NCBI GenBank assembly: GCA_907165135.1
Contig: OU015569.1
Span: 1-64,000, forward strand
Direction of reading: 5' to 3'
Source of the DNA: Oikopleura dioica
Taxonomy: Eukaryota > Animalia > Chordata
DNA: 64,000 bases
The translations under genes and the position numbers were made by a program. The stretch's first letter is position 1; every line of letters begins with the position of its first letter. Below are positions 35,801-49,539 of this stretch, in pieces. The notes below the pieces were generated by a model. It did not search any database. It was given only the letters and a program-made list of their open reading frames with translations, and was not told where the DNA came from.

Positions 35801-38800
35801 TTAATCACGTGCCAAGGTCCTTATTTCGATTTCGCCTCAGAAATAGACTTATCACTGGCTAATCTTGTCACTAGTCGGGGGATCTGCGGCTGAGTGTCTC
35901 GCGCGAGTGCAAACAAGGTCAGCTGGAGCGGCTCTACGGCTCCAAGTGGCGCGCCACCGACCAGTTCACCTACCAGGACGTCGAAGACGGCATCGTCGCC
36001 TACAGTCACTTTGGCGGAAACGCGGGCCAGGACTCTTGCGTCCTCCAGCTGCGCAACGCATTCGCCAGTTCCGAGCACGTGACGCTCAACATCATCGTCG
36101 ACTTTTTGAACACTGGCACTCCGAGACTCACGTCAAACTCTGGCTTGCTCTACCTCGAGTACATTGACAACGTTCCCGCTGGAATCATCACTTCCAGCAC
36201 GCTGAAAACGACGGATCCAGACACGCAGCCAGAAGACTTGATCTACCAAGTCACCGAGAAATGCGAATTCGGCGAGATTATCAACACCGAGCTCAATACA
36301 AGAGTCACAAGCTTCTCTCAGTACGATGTAGACATGGGAAGGATCAGATACGAGCTGACTGTAGCTGACAGTGCCCAGCACTCCGACGAGTTCAAGTTCA
36401 CAGTGACGGACAATAAGACCACGCTCAAGGACAACACTTTCGTCATCAGGTTAATTCAAATTCACTTTGTCGCTTTTTCACCGTTTATTTTAGATTCTCG
36501 CGGCTAGAATTCGAAGAGGAGCGGATCACAGTGGCGGAAACAGAAGGCGAGATAAAGGTCTGGCTTTCGCGCACCGGGTATTTTAACCACTACGCGATCG
36601 TCACTTGCAAATCCATCTCGGAAATAGGTAAGCGCTTAAAACTGTATTTGCCTCGATCCGGAAGCGCAGTGAAAACAAGCTCGTTTAGCGCTGAACCAAC
36701 AAGTTCAATTCGAGCCGGGCGAGAACCGCAAGCCCTGCGTAGTGCCACTCCAGCAAGACGACCGCCACCAAGGCCAAAAACAACTCGACCTACAACTGGC
36801 GGAGCCGTCTTACGCCCTGCTCGGGTAAGTCCGCCTTTGTCAAACTCGACAATGCGCGCTCAACAGGTTCAAAGTGCGCCTCCTTTTCACTTCCACTTCG
36901 CACTTGAACTTCAAACGCCGCGTTGTTATTCAACGACGTTTGTTTGAAACGCGCCTTTACGAAAATTGAATTAATCATTCAAGGCTAACTTAACTTCTAG
37001 CAAACGCGATTCAATGTCGATCGTTATTACGGACCCGGAAGACAAAGCTACGATTTCATTCTTGAGCGACGAAATCCACGTTCAAGAAGAGCAGCGCCAA
37101 GTCGTGATTCCTGTCCGGCGAGAAGGCGACGCCTCCAAAACAGCCACAGTCATCTGCTACACCCAAGCTGCTTCTGCTGGCGATGCCGACTTTGAGCGCC
37201 GCGAGCCGCGGGAAAACGATCAGCTCGTGTTCCAAGGAACGCCGTACAACCAGCGCGACGCTTCTTGCACGATTAATTTGATCGACGACTCTTTGTTCGA
37301 GCGCGAAGAGTTCTTCTTTGTCAAGCTCGACAAGGCAAATATTGAAGCTAGAATCGGCGCCATTGACACCGTTAAAGTCGTGATTGACGGGCCCAATGAT
37401 TTGCCGCAGATCTCGATGGCTGAGAACAGACTGGAAGTGCGCGAATCGGCGAAGATTGTTTCCGTGGAGATTTACCGTGCTGGCAGCGATCTCAGCCAAG
37501 AAAGCGAGGTCTTTTGCAACTCTCGGGCCGGCTCTGCTTCTCCTGGCGAAGATTTCGAACAAGTTCACGAGCACGTGATCTTCGCAGTGAACCAAGAAGT
37601 GGCCAGTTGCGAAGTGACCATCTTCGACGATTCAGAAAACCCAGTCGTCGAAGGCAAGGAAAACTTCTTTGTCTACCTCTCCGGCGCCAAAGGAGCAGTG
37701 CTCTCTGATTTGATCGAGAGCGAAATTGTGATCGACGACGAGGACGAAGATAGTCCGACTTTTGAATTCGCGGCGCCTGAGTATGCGGCTGCCGAGACGG
37801 ACCCTGTTGTTTCCGTTCCTGTAATCCGGCATGGAGACACTTCTGGTCCGGCCAGTGTCATTTGCCGAACTCTGCAAGGCTCGGCGCAGATCGATTCCGA
37901 CTTCCGGGAGAGAATCAATTCCGACGTGAACAGAATCTTCTTCGAGCCCGGCGAGACTGAGAAGAACTGCGATGTGGTGCTTATCGACGACGAAGAGCAC
38001 GAGCCCTCTGAAACTCTTTTCCTCCAACTCAAAGATCCCCAATCTGTTTCTGGCTCACCAGCTCGCCTCGGTGCTCTGGACGAGACAAAGATCACCTTGA
38101 CCAACACCGAAGATACTCCTACCATCACATTCGCCAAGTCAGAAGTCTCCGTTCGGGAGCCAAAGCCCGGCGAGACCAAGGACGTCACCGTGACCGTGCA
38201 TCGCTACGGAGATACAACTGGCAATTCAAGAGTGCGTGTGTCCACTCGCGACGGCTCCGCTATATCTGGCGTCGATTACGAGCCCAAATCTGAGATGCTG
38301 CGCTTCCGCCCTGAGAAACAATCTCTCACCTTCACCGTTGTCGTCAAATGCAACGAAGAATCGGCCTGGCACAAGACCTTTTCTCTCGTAATGGGCCCTG
38401 ACGAGCCGGTCAATGCCGTCCTCGGCGAGTTTCCAGCGATGACTGTTACTATTCTTGACAAAGAAGCGTCTGGATCGCTTGTTCTACCAGCTCCTCCGGC
38501 GGTTATTTCGCTGAAGGACTTTGACGCAGCTGCAAACGCCGACGAAGAACTCCTTCCGGGCTATCCAGCGCTTTGTTTGACTCCTTGTGACCCGCAACAT
38601 CCGAATTTCGACGAAACTCAATCGCTTTGCGAGGAAGCTGGCATCGACAACGACCTGATCCAGTACTCGTGGGAAGTAGCGACGCCGGACAAGTCCAATT
38701 TCAAGAGAATCAACGATGCAACTCCGTGGACGAGCCCAAAGAGCAAAGTGCTTGATTCAATCTACTTTTCTCGCAAGTTTAAAATCAGATGTCGGGTTCA

Positions 38801-41306
38801 AGCGTTTTCTCCCGAAGGAAAAGGTAATATTTCTCGTCATTTTTTCTTTTAAAAGATCCATTCAAAGGCGGTACCCCTCTTCGATCTCAGCCTGCTCAAG
38901 TGTCTTCGGAAGGAATCTGCCACAATCCGCTCGTCGCGGGAGAAAGCGGCTTCCAAGCACAGAACTTCCAGGCAAACTTGAAATACCTGGACTCGACGCA
39001 TCCTGACCACCCCAACTCGATTCACATCACAGTCGAAGTGCCCCACGAAGACGGACTGCTGCCTCTTGTCTCCACCACTCAGATCAACAACATAGGTAAA
39101 ATTCAGAAATTTCTTCAGCTCCAAAACCGACTTATTAGACTTCCTCCTTCGCGACCGAGTTTTCCGACAGCAGCACGTCTGCTCAAACATGCTCACTCCA
39201 GAGGAAGCGCCGAATACAGAAGGACAGCGCGGCTTCTTGGACTCATACGACGCAGCTAGAGTGCCAGCAATGTCTGGCTTCGACCGCCCTCATCAGGTAA
39301 AAACTTCTTCAGCGAGTATTTTGAAGTTGAAATGTTCTAGTTTGACACTGAGCTGCGATCGGAAAAGACACTTTCGCTTTATCAATATCTCAACTTGAAA
39401 ACGTGCACTTGGACGTTCGACTCCTACTACACCATGGACGAGCTAAAGGACATTTGCGGCGGAAGAATCGACAAAGACTACGAGCTAGCCACCCAGGACC
39501 AGAGCCACGTGACCGTCCGCGTTCCCTTCCATGTTTCCTACATTTACGTGCAAGCTCCAACTGGCTGGGCAGCTCTCGAGCACAGATCAGAGTTTAGCGT
39601 CAGTTTCTATTACAGGTAACAGAGAACTTCGAGCTACGAAAGGCTATCTCTTCGTTCAGCAATGTGATGTGGAAATCTGGCATCAAGACGGATTCGGAGC
39701 TGACTGGAGACATTTCGCTGACTAGAGTCTCTATCGACGCCAATGGTCGACTCGTTGTTGAGCTGCGAACGCGCACGCGATTCCGAGGTCTTTTCTTGGA
39801 GTCCTCTGACAAGCAAGCCGGCCTCAAGAAAGAAGAATCCACCTTTGTTGCTCCCATGGGCGTCAGATCTAACTTCACTCTTGAGCTAATTTGGTCACAA
39901 GATACTTTCGACAGTCCCGAACAGGTAAAAAGCGTGCCTTGTTGCCAATTGACGAATCTTTTATTTTTAGCACTGGAAAGCGATGTCCAAATACAGCCGA
40001 AAAGACTACACCGGCGAGTACATGCTCAACCTTATTCCCTGCACGGTGCAGCCGACCCAAGGCTTCGAGTCTGGACAAACGCCCGAGAGCGTCTGCTCGC
40101 CGCACGAGAAAGCAGAATTTTCCGTAAAAATCGGAATCCAACAGTCTGCCCGGCCCGTTCCCGTCGTCTACAGTCTCAACACGCACTTCCACATCACAAA
40201 CTCTGAACAGATTTTCCTCAGCGCGCCTGGCGAGTATCCCCTCGAAGAGATGGACTACAAGGGCACCTTTTCGAAGGGATCAAAGGTCTTTGCGCGAATC
40301 ATGTGGGAATCTCAGCAAGATCTCAAGGTAGAAATTCATTTTTAGAAGAAATTGTTATTTTTTTTAGAGCGCGTACAACCTGCAAATCGAAAAAGTGTAC
40401 ATCTGCACCGGCAGCAACGGCTACATCCCCACTTTCGATCCTACAGGAGAAATGTACGGCGAAGGGCCGCAGTATGGATGCATCAAGCCGATCAAAGAGA
40501 TCTCCAGCAGATTCCTGATTCTCGATCGAGGCAACAGAGACGCAGAAGATCTTTCTTTCCAGGTAAACTCAAAGTCAAAAAGACAAAATACTCAAGCAAA
40601 CATCTCCTAGGCCATCCCCTTCGAAGCGGAGTTCGCAGATGACAACGAGGAGTACAAAGCGCTCTCCTCGCACCCCTCTACTGACGGCTTCGCTTTCTCC
40701 GTGGACCCACTTTACAAGATCATCGCCGGGCACGAGTGGTACATTCAGGTGCTCTACGAAATCGAAGGAAATCAAGGAAGAGTACGCCGGTCCGCGATCG
40801 AGCCTGGCCATCATTTCATGTCGCGACGCGCGGCAGCTCCTGGAACTGCGCGCAACGGAACCAACATGGGAATCCTCAATATAGGTTTGATCTACTTTTT
40901 TATACTCGATAAGCTAACCTGTTTAGACGAGCCGGTTCACTCTGCCTCGGCGGGAATAGTCGCTGGAAGCATTGGAGGTCTCGTTCTCTTCGTTGTTGCG
41001 ATGGGCGCCTTCATCTTTGCCCGTCGTGGAAGCCCTTCAGAAAGCGCATATGACGAGAACTCTCTGACGCCGGAAGAAGTGGGTCTGCTCCAGCAAAAGA
41101 TCGACTACAGCAAACTGGTGAACCAAAACCGCGTGCCCAACAACAAACTCAAGAACCATCTGAACAACATGAACGGCCTCCAGCAGCAGCGTTCCCAGAA
41201 CTTCGTTTCTGTGAAGCCGTCGCGGAACATCCTCTCCTCCCGCGATCATCACGTGACGATCCACAACGACCTCGGCGGGGCGAGCAAGTCCGGCACGGAG
41301 ATCTAG
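29896..41306 (+). CDS. FRAS1: FRAS1-like extracellular matrix protein: furin-like Cys repeats, CSPG repeats, five Calx-beta domains, FRAS/FREM C-terminal region, TM, GTEI PDZ-binding tail
   Basis: CxxCxxC furin repeats at 29980-30540, CSPG repeats (FTQYDLDRG, FSQADVDEG, FSQYDVDMG), Calx-beta repeats at 36480-38460, GEYMLNLIPCT, AGHEWYIQVLY, TM at ~40960-41025, and C-terminal GTEI resembling vertebrate FRAS1 GTEV. Confidence 0.9.
34543..34836 (+). CDS. Candidate alternative exon (signal peptide plus acidic Tyr-rich segment) inside the large FRAS1 intron
   Basis: MYLSVLLVALFELPVRG followed by an acidic stretch. The CAG|gtgaat donor after 34836 is phase 0 and matches the phase-0 acceptor at 35652. 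Confidence 0.55.
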
Positions 41307-41789
41307 CCTTCTCCGTTGCCCCCGAATCCAACGCATATCACAGCATACAAGAATGCAGCGGGCGGCCCTGTACAAATGACCCTATAGACTCAAGAGACGA
41401 CTCTGGGGCTGCTCGTTGGCGCACTTCTTTTCTCTCAACTCTCACCTCATCAAAGTTCAACCTCGGCTTCCTGTTTATTATTTTATCGTATTGTTGGTCC
41501 AGCTACCTCACCTGTTGCCAGCGCGAAAGACTCACAACGCTTTTAGCGACCGTTTTCCGGGAGCTAGTTCAACTCGCCTCCCGACTTTAATTTTCTAGCA
41601 AGATACGCGCAGCTACTGATCTCAAGAAACAGTGGACAATTCAGTGCTTACCTGACTGTACATTTTATGAATATTATTATCTAACATTCCAAACGTCTCG
41701 TTTAAATAGACTGGTCTGCATTAATCTTCCAATAAACAAGCAAAAATGAAAATGAACTGAACTTTATTGTGAGCTAAAGAGTGAGTCAG

Positions 41790-42348
41790 ATGTATCGCGG
41801 CTTGGAAGGTGAGTGGAGAAGTTGCTCTTCGAAGGAGTGAATCGAGCGCTTGTTGTACTGCCAGTCGTGCTGCCACAGCTGCGTCGCCAGCCAGATCACT
41901 GCGAAGAGCGGCGTCTTTTCTTCTGTTTTGCAAATGTGCTTGAAATTGAAATGAAAAAGAAATTAAAGAGTTAGTTGCAAAACATGCCAAGAAGTCGACG
42001 AGCATGAAGAACTGGCTCTGGTAGCAGGGCATAAACTGAAGAGATTCATTTTTTTTTAACTGGAAAAAGAGGTACTTCTTTGAAAAGGGCGAGTTTTCCT
42101 TCGATGTAGTTGAAAATCCAGGTGAATTTCCAAGCCACAAACACGACGACCAGAATGCAGATGATGGTCTCTCGCAGATTTCTAGCAGGCTTCGAGAAGG
42201 AAGAATTCCTTTTGAAACTGAAATCTCTCCTGAATGGTCTTTTCGATGTGTTCCTCAAAATGGTGATTGTGTTTCCAGTCGAGCCAGTGGTCGAAACTCG
42301 CGCGCAGGTAGCTCCGGACTTTGCAAGAGAAACTAATTTTAATTCCAT
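41790..42348 (-). CDS. Small spliced membrane protein, unknown family
   Basis: TM-like ETIICILVVVFVAWKFTWIF followed by plausible exons FMPCYQSQFFMLVDFL and HICKTEEKTPLFAVIWLATQLWQ...PRYI*. Confidence 0.35.
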
Positions 42349-43025
42349 GCCTTCATTTTTATGCTTTTTGCTCCTTTCCTGAGAACCTGGCTCTCTTCCT
42401 CTCGATATTCGCCCTCAACAGCGCTCGCGGGTTTCCGTGCAAATTCTGCATCTTTTTATTCTTAAGCCTTTTCACTCTCAATTTAACTCGATTTTCTACA
42501 AACCTTCTCTTTTTTGAACATTTCGCTTTTTTCTCAAGGGCTCATTATTTCAAACTGGACAACTCGCCAAAACTGAGTCCGATTTTGAGAGTGATAAGAA
42601 ATTCATTATGCCCCAAGACAAATTTCGTTTTCAATGAAACTCGTTCCAATCGAAATTTTGATTGAATCGTCCAAAGAAAAGTCCATTTATTGATTCGTAA
42701 AACATAATTTGAGACTGTTTAGCGGAGAAATTTTGAGTGAGTCTTCGTTGTCTCCCAAATCTTTGCAAGTAAAAATCAATAAATCTGGGGTGTTGACATG
42801 GGAATTTATTTATTCAATCGAGGAGCCTTTTTCTGCCTCTAAGAATCGAGGGAGCAAAAGAGAAATCGATTCCTTCTGGCGAAAAAGCAATTCAATAACT
42901 TCTTTTTCCTTTTTCGACTTTCGCTTTTTTAATTTCTGATGAGAAGCAGGGCAGAGAAATCAAAAGCCAAAACAGGTTTTTAAAACTGTTTCTTTTTCCG
43001 GTGCTAGAAGTGAAAATCAATTTAG

Positions 43026-43718
43026 ATATTTGGAGAATCGAGGACGAACAAGCGCAGTTCTACTTCGAGGCGTACCGACTGGAATGCGGCGAAAAGTCGC
43101 AACTATTTCTGGCGAAGGCGGTTCAGTTATTTCAAGTAATAGCCGCCGCAAATGCTTCAGAGAGAGTTTAGGCTGCCGATTAGCGTTCTAAGCTGCGCCA
43201 GGAAGAGCTGGCGATTGTGTGGGAACTGGCGCAGATCGACAACGCCAAGCAGCGCGTTTCTTTGCCCGACTTTTTCGTCGTCTTTCATTTGATCGTCGCC
43301 AGGCGCAATGGATGTCCGCTGCCTTTCGCGCTCCCTCCGCAGCTCAAATCCTCGGGTAAATTGGAGAAGCGCCCTTTTTATATACAAGAGGATTGATTAC
43401 GGACGAATTAAGTGATCCTCTGGTTAAAAAAGGGCCTCAATTTCAATATCACAAGTTTTCACTCAAAACAAGCTAGTGACGTCAAGAATCATCAATTTCC
43501 TAGCTTTGAAGCAGGCTGAGCAGATCCAAAAGCCTCTGGAACGAAGATCGATCGCGGAATTGAAAAACTCGATCGAGCAGATCAACAAGAAAAACGCCTC
43601 GATTTTGGAAGCGATCAAAACGACCGGGGTCGAAATTCGCCGGGCGCAGTTCTGCCGCATCTACCGCGAGAAACACCTCTTCACGAAGCAGCGAGAAAAG
43701 AAACAAGTGATGTTTTGA
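43026..43718 (+). CDS. REPS1/2-like EH-domain protein with C-terminal coiled coil; 5' end not defined
   Basis: Spliced WRIEDEQAQFY...FQ|RSKLRQEELAIVWELAQID...FHLIVARRNGCPLP resembles the REPS EH signature FHLIVARKNGYPLP. Last exon LERRSIAELKNSIEQINKKN. Confidence 0.7.
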
Positions 43719-43829
43719 GCAGCTTTATTAAATAAAAGAAAGGGCGGCTCAGGCGAGCTGGTTTTTGTTGAAGCAATAGGCAGTTATGATTCCTCGGTTG
43801 AGGCAAAACATGATTGTCGCTGGCGCAGT

Positions 43830-46508
43830 TTAGAAACTCGCGTTTGAGGCAAAATAGAATTCAAACAGTAGCGCTTCTAAACCGCTTCCTAGAGTGAGCA
43901 TCAGAACGACCAGCAGAGAGTAGCCGACGTAGGCGTAGTGGCGACTGAACTCGGCAGCGCAGAGGACTCCTTCGCACTCTGAAAAACTCGGTTGGCGCAT
44001 TTCGGACCGCGTTCTCGCGATGGGTTAATTTTACCTGTGTGCACAATGTGGTTGGTTATTGCTTCGTTGACGGTGATTGTCGGGATTTGAAACGACTCGA
44101 AATGCAGCTCGTCTTTTTCGCCGACTTTTTAAGTTTTGCAATTTTTACTTTTTCCTAGTGGAAAAATTAAATAGCTTTGACTTTTCCTTGCTCGGAAATG
44201 ATGAACGGAATAGAAATCTCTTCGAGTTCGTTTGGAGAGCGTCTGCGTCTGAGTTCGCCCGCTCTGTTGAATCTGACTGAGCATTCCAAATTGAGCCGGT
44301 TGGAGTTCTTGAATTTAAACACTTGAAACCAGAAGGCGGCTCCGCGCGCGGACGACGTGACGCTCTTTCCGATGAAGCCCGGATTTTGCTCCACTCCGAC
44401 AGAGGTTTTCTGCTTGTCCGCTTGGCCGTACGCGATCAGCCGGATCTTCGAGTCGTCCACCGGGTTCCAGATGTTGCAGTGCTGAATCTTCACTGTGTGT
44501 TCTTCGAGCGGTGCTTCTCCATTCAGCGCGCCAGTTATGACAACGTGGATTTTGGAGCCGACGACGTAGGTGTAGCCGCTTCCGTCCGCCACCGCTGGAC
44601 AAAGGAAAGGCGCCTCCGATCCAAAACTCGTCGTGTAAAAGTTCATGATCGGCTGCCATTGCGAGAACAAGTCGGTGGAAGTCGGGTGGCGAACAGTCGA
44701 CTGAAGCGATTGTTTAGAAATCGTTTTAAAAGGCGTATTTGGCGCTTATCAGCTTTGTAAAGATAAGAGCAAAATTACCTGGACGATGTTCTGGACGGAA
44801 AACGTTTCCATGGCGCAGTTGACGTTCACCAGCGGGTTCCCGGGCTCCTCCTCGCTCTCCCGAGTCAAAAGGTGTCCGAGCAGAGAAACTCGCTCAAAGA
44901 AGGGATCAGTACTTTCATCGCCTCTTTTGAGATAATTCGGAAGGAGCTGATCCCCGCCGCCTGTTTTTGAGATATCCTTTCTGGCACGTTGTCCTGACCA
45001 CTAATTCTCCATGCTGGCCCCGCTGCTTCGAGACCGGGAAGCCGCCTTTTCGCGATATAAACTTGTCTTTAAACCGATCAAGGGCCTTCGCTTTCGATGA
45101 ACTGGCCTGGATGCAAATGAACGAGGAGCGGGTTTACCCAAAACGTACGTGTCCAGTACTCCGCTTTCCAAAACAAACGCAAACGAAGAGAACAAAAACG
45201 TGCGCGCAAAATAGTTTGGATTTGAAATTGAATCAGTCGCGAATTCGAAGAAATTTCAACTTAGATTTTGCAAAACATGAATTTTAAAAATGCAGCTGGA
45301 AAATTGTGAAACCAGATTTTCAAGGAGAGTATTTTGGCGGATTTTTCATGGTGACTTTTATAAATTTTTAAAGCCAAAAAGACTGTCATTAATTAATTAT
45401 TAATTAAAATTCATAATTTTTTAATTAAATTCTTATTTTATTATTTAATTAATTTAACATAATTAATTGATTTTTAAATAGATTCTTATTATTTTAAATT
45501 TTTAAATTAATTTTTTAGCAAAATAAACTACAGTACAGAATGATTCTCGTGAGAAAAGAAACGATGTCTGCTGAGAATTATTTTCTGCTTTAAAAATGTT
45601 GTCTGCTCGTTTTAAACCAAAGGTCAGTGTTTTTCGAAAATGTAAAAACTATGCGCAGGTGTTCGAGTATTTGGCATTCCGCGACCTTGAGTGCCGACAT
45701 CGTGGATGTTTGCTTGCTCCGGAATCTTCAGCTCGATCTCAAACTTGTCGCAGCTCGCCTCTTAAAACCATCAATCGCCTTTCCGCCTTCAACTGTACCT
45801 AGCGCGTATTCGCAGTTTTTGCCGACGAAGGGCGCTCCTCCAGGCGCAGTTCGGCAAACGTAGTCGGCTGGATTCAGACTCGCCGGAAAGCACTAGAATC
45901 ATTTCTCATTTTGGCGATCGAAAAAGCTGTCGACTTCGGCAACTCGAATTCGATAAAGCGGGTGGCCGCTGAATTACGATGACAAACGTGTCCGCGCGAA
46001 TAAATTTCACCCCGGCCATTACTCAACTTGATGACTGCTCTGCGCTAGAATTCGCTCAGATAACAACTCGGCGCAAAATATTTTTGACACTTCTTGTCAA
46101 AATAAAACGATAACTACTTTTGAAAAACTCTTCAGAATGGCCAGTTCTTTTCGATTTTAAGGAGCTTCTTGTCGCTTTTATGCAGAAAGTGAAGGATTTC
46201 GATGAAAAAATGAGATTACATTTTTGAAATTTTAGAATTTCGGCTGTTAAAAATTCAAAAATTTCAAGAAAAGATAAAAGTTTAAAATCTCACAAAGTTA
46301 GTTTGAAAAAATGTGCGTTTTTCGATGTCTACTCGCCAAAAAACGTAAAATGAATTTTTCTTTGTAAAATTTCGGAAATAAGCTGGAAAACTACCTGGCA
46401 AGCGTTGCGACAAGGCTGGGCGTTGCAAGGATGAGCAGCTTCGAATTGCAAAGTGGGAGTACTCGCCGAAAATACAGCAGCCACGAGCAGCGAAAGGAAA
46501 CACTGCAT
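43830..46508 (-). CDS. Secreted/TM EGF-like plus zona pellucida (ZP) domain protein
   Basis: Signal peptide MQCFLSLLVAAVFS at 46508, HPCNAQPCRN and FVGKNCEY EGF-like pieces, ZP-N (SCDKFEIELKI..LVNVNC), ZP-C (FQVFKF..LECSV), furin site RRRRS and TM YVGYSLLVVLMLTLG. Confidence 0.75.
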
Positions 46509-47329
46509 TCTCTCTTTCTTTCTCGATTCTGACTTTGAATGCTGGCTGAATCTTCAAATACGTTTTTTTTTTCATTAAAATCGGAGATCTAAATCAAGCG
46601 AAACTGATTTTTCCATCTTTGCGTTTCATCTTTTTGCCGAATTTGAAATTGTCGTTTCTTTTTTTTTCACGAAGTTGATTGAATAAAATCAGCAAAAAAC
46701 TGAAAATAAATAATTGTTAATAAATAATTTGGTTATTTAGTAAGCCGCCACTTTTAGTCAGCTTTCGAGTTTCTTTATTTCCAAACAAAGTCGCTGACTG
46801 CGGCCCAAGTTTTGTTTTGCATCAAAGAAGTACTAGGTCACATGATGCAGCCACGTCAAAGCTTGCATACGTTTCTAGAAAGCGCGCTCCAACACGTGAC
46901 CAGTGGCGCTCCGACTCGCCAGCGCGTGGCCTTCTCTTTTTTTGGCGCTTCTAAAAGGCCACTCCTTTTGATTGAAAACCAGCAATTTTGGCTTCCAAAG
47001 ATTGTCCAAAATCCGGATTCTCCATTTTCGGTCAATTAAATGGCCATTAATTAGAATATGAAGTCGATTTGGACGACAGCGCTGACACTCACTTAATTTT
47101 GAAAGTCGACTCTCCAAATCGATTTTTTCATAAAGCAGCTGATTGTTCGTTTTCTAGCGTCTTCATTTTTTATTGATGACTGAACTAAAAGGCACTGTAC
47201 TTGGAAATTCGTGGATTTTCGAACTCCAAAGTTGAAGAAAACGCTCTTTTTTTTCTTCAAGAAAAAGCCAGAAGACGTCCAAAAAGACGCTTTCTGCAGC
47301 AAATAGGTTTTCTTCCTCGCTTTGATTTT

Positions 47330-48558
47330 CGTGTTCTAGTTTGTGTGCTCAACAGCGAACAAGCGCTGTACAAGGTCGGGCCTTGCGCGGTCGGCGTCTG
47401 GTGGTGTCGCCCTTCCTTGCGCCGCCTCCGCCTTACATAACCATTCTTTTTATTATTAGCACTCGCGGCGGCGCATTTACTTTCATTCGCCAAAAACCAT
47501 GCCGCCTAGAAAAGGCCTGACTTGCAAAGAAGACCGAGAGTTTATCCATCCGGGCGAGAAGAGCTCCATCCGCAGCGAGCCGACTTGGGGAAATGACTTT
47601 TGCAAGTGGAAAATCACCACCACGCCGGGACACGTTATCAGGTACAGAAATTGGCGGTTTTTGAAAATATTAATTATCGGCGTTGAATTCAGAGCTTGTC
47701 AATTTTCATCGAGTTTAGCGAGAAAAAATTGCAATTTTAGAAAACAAAAAAATCAAGCTTTCTGAATTTTGAAATTATAAAAATGAGATTTTTCATTCGA
47801 ATATTTTTTAAGAAAAAAACTGTTCAGATTCAAATTCGAGGAAATGAGCGTCGACTGTCGCGAGAACGTGAATGGGTTTTTCTTCTTTCGGGACGCGTCT
47901 AAACTGGAAGGCGGCTACCACAAGGCGCCAATTTGCGGCTCCGATCGGCAATACTTCGAAATCTACTCGGACGAGCACCAAATAGACCTCGTTTTCAAGT
48001 CCAAGTCGCAGGAGGTAAGCCAGAGGCCAGCTAATTCTGAGCTTCGAAATCCGCCCTTTTGACCGGCTCAATTTCTAAATGTGATTCTAGCCGACGGTTT
48101 TTGAGATCAGCTTCGAGTCCGTGGAAGCTCGCCTGGCGCACGGGCAGCTCCATGTGTCGGAGATCGACTCAGCTGCGAATTTGTATAAGCTGCGGCAAAA
48201 CATGGAGCGGCCCCTGCCCCCCGTGCGGTTGAACAGCATCGCTCGGCCGCCCTTCGACCAGTCTCCAGTCCTCCTCGCTCGGACGCCCGCCGCTCCCTCT
48301 TCCTCCAACTCGCCGGCTTTGCTCAGCCAGCCCTGGCTCCTCCTCGTCAGCGCTACCTTGGCCGTGCTGCTGATGGGCTGCCTGAGCTGCGTGGTCTTTT
48401 ACTGGCGGAAGCAGAAGAAGCGCGAGCGCACCACCTCCGAAAGCCCCGTGCTCGCCTCCTCCCAGCCAGTCTCACAAGTGTCAAAAAATCATAAGCGGCG
48501 ACCCGCGCCGCTGCACTCTGGAATCAACGACCAGAAAGTCCACCGCTTCAAGTCGTAA
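47330..48558 (+). CDS. CUB-domain single-pass membrane protein; 5' end approximate
   Basis: DFCKWKITTTPGHVI|IQIKFEEMSVDC...PICGS..IDLVFKS|FEISF CUB pattern, then TM WLLLVSATLAVLLMGCLSCVVFYW and a RKQKKR stop-transfer motif. Confidence 0.7.
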
Positions 48559-49539
48559 AGAAGGAACTCCCGTATTCTCTCCTTGAACTGTATTTATAGA
48601 TTATTTATTTATCCGAATTTTGAATGTTTGCTTGTCTGTCTGTCCGAAATGCAGAAACCAATCTTGAAAATTGAAATTGAATAAACCTCTCAAACCTCTT
48701 TTCCGAAAGAAACAAAAACTAAACGCAGGAATGAAAATTAAATGTTGGTGCGTCTGACGTCTCACGTAAGCGCGCGTAAAAACATGCGATTACGATTAGC
48801 CAACGCGCCACAACATTTTTTTAAGAAAATTGAAATATTATTGCAGGCTGAATTTAAGGTTTATAAGTTCGGACAAGATGTTACATCCAAGCTCGTTAAA
48901 ACAAAGGCTGATGTTCAACTCTAGAAGAGTTTGGAAAGGACGTGTCTTCATGTCTTACATTCCAAAAATGTCGTTGCGGCCTTCAAAGATTTTTCTTTCG
49001 AAATGGATGACTCTTTTCTTTGATCGATCGTTTTTGCAGGAAAGAAGGATGATACTACGTTTCTGAAACTATTTTCAGTCTTTCAATAAAACCTTTGAAT
49101 TAACCCGTCTTTCCTTGTGGAAAAGTGACAAAGGTCATTTTTCAAACTTTTAAAGAAAAACGTGTTTTTGAAAAAATAAAAGGTGCTTTAATCGATTTTC
49201 CATTTGCCTGTTTTTGCGAAAATAGTTGGCTCCGCCCAAACAAAAGTTATCTATTCGAAATTAAAGAGATTACGTTTTAGAGAGGTCTTTTAGGTCCCCA
49301 ATCGAGCAGGAGTTAATCTGGCAGCGCAGCGAACCTCGGTTAACCTTTTGGACAGCCCGTGCTCTTTTTTGATTTTCAAAGAGCTTTAGAAAGTAAGAAT
49401 ACCTTTTTTTTATAAAGAATGAACTGCCAGGTTATTTTTCGGGAGAAAAATTTTAAGCGAACTTTCAAAAGTTACGATTGAGTGGCAAATCTTCTCCGTG
49501 CTTTCGTAAACAGAAGAATGAATAATTACAAAAAGAAGA

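Noticed and set aside
45385-45520. Extremely AT-rich patch
   Set aside because: It lies in a ZP-gene intron, with no periodicity or termini seen.
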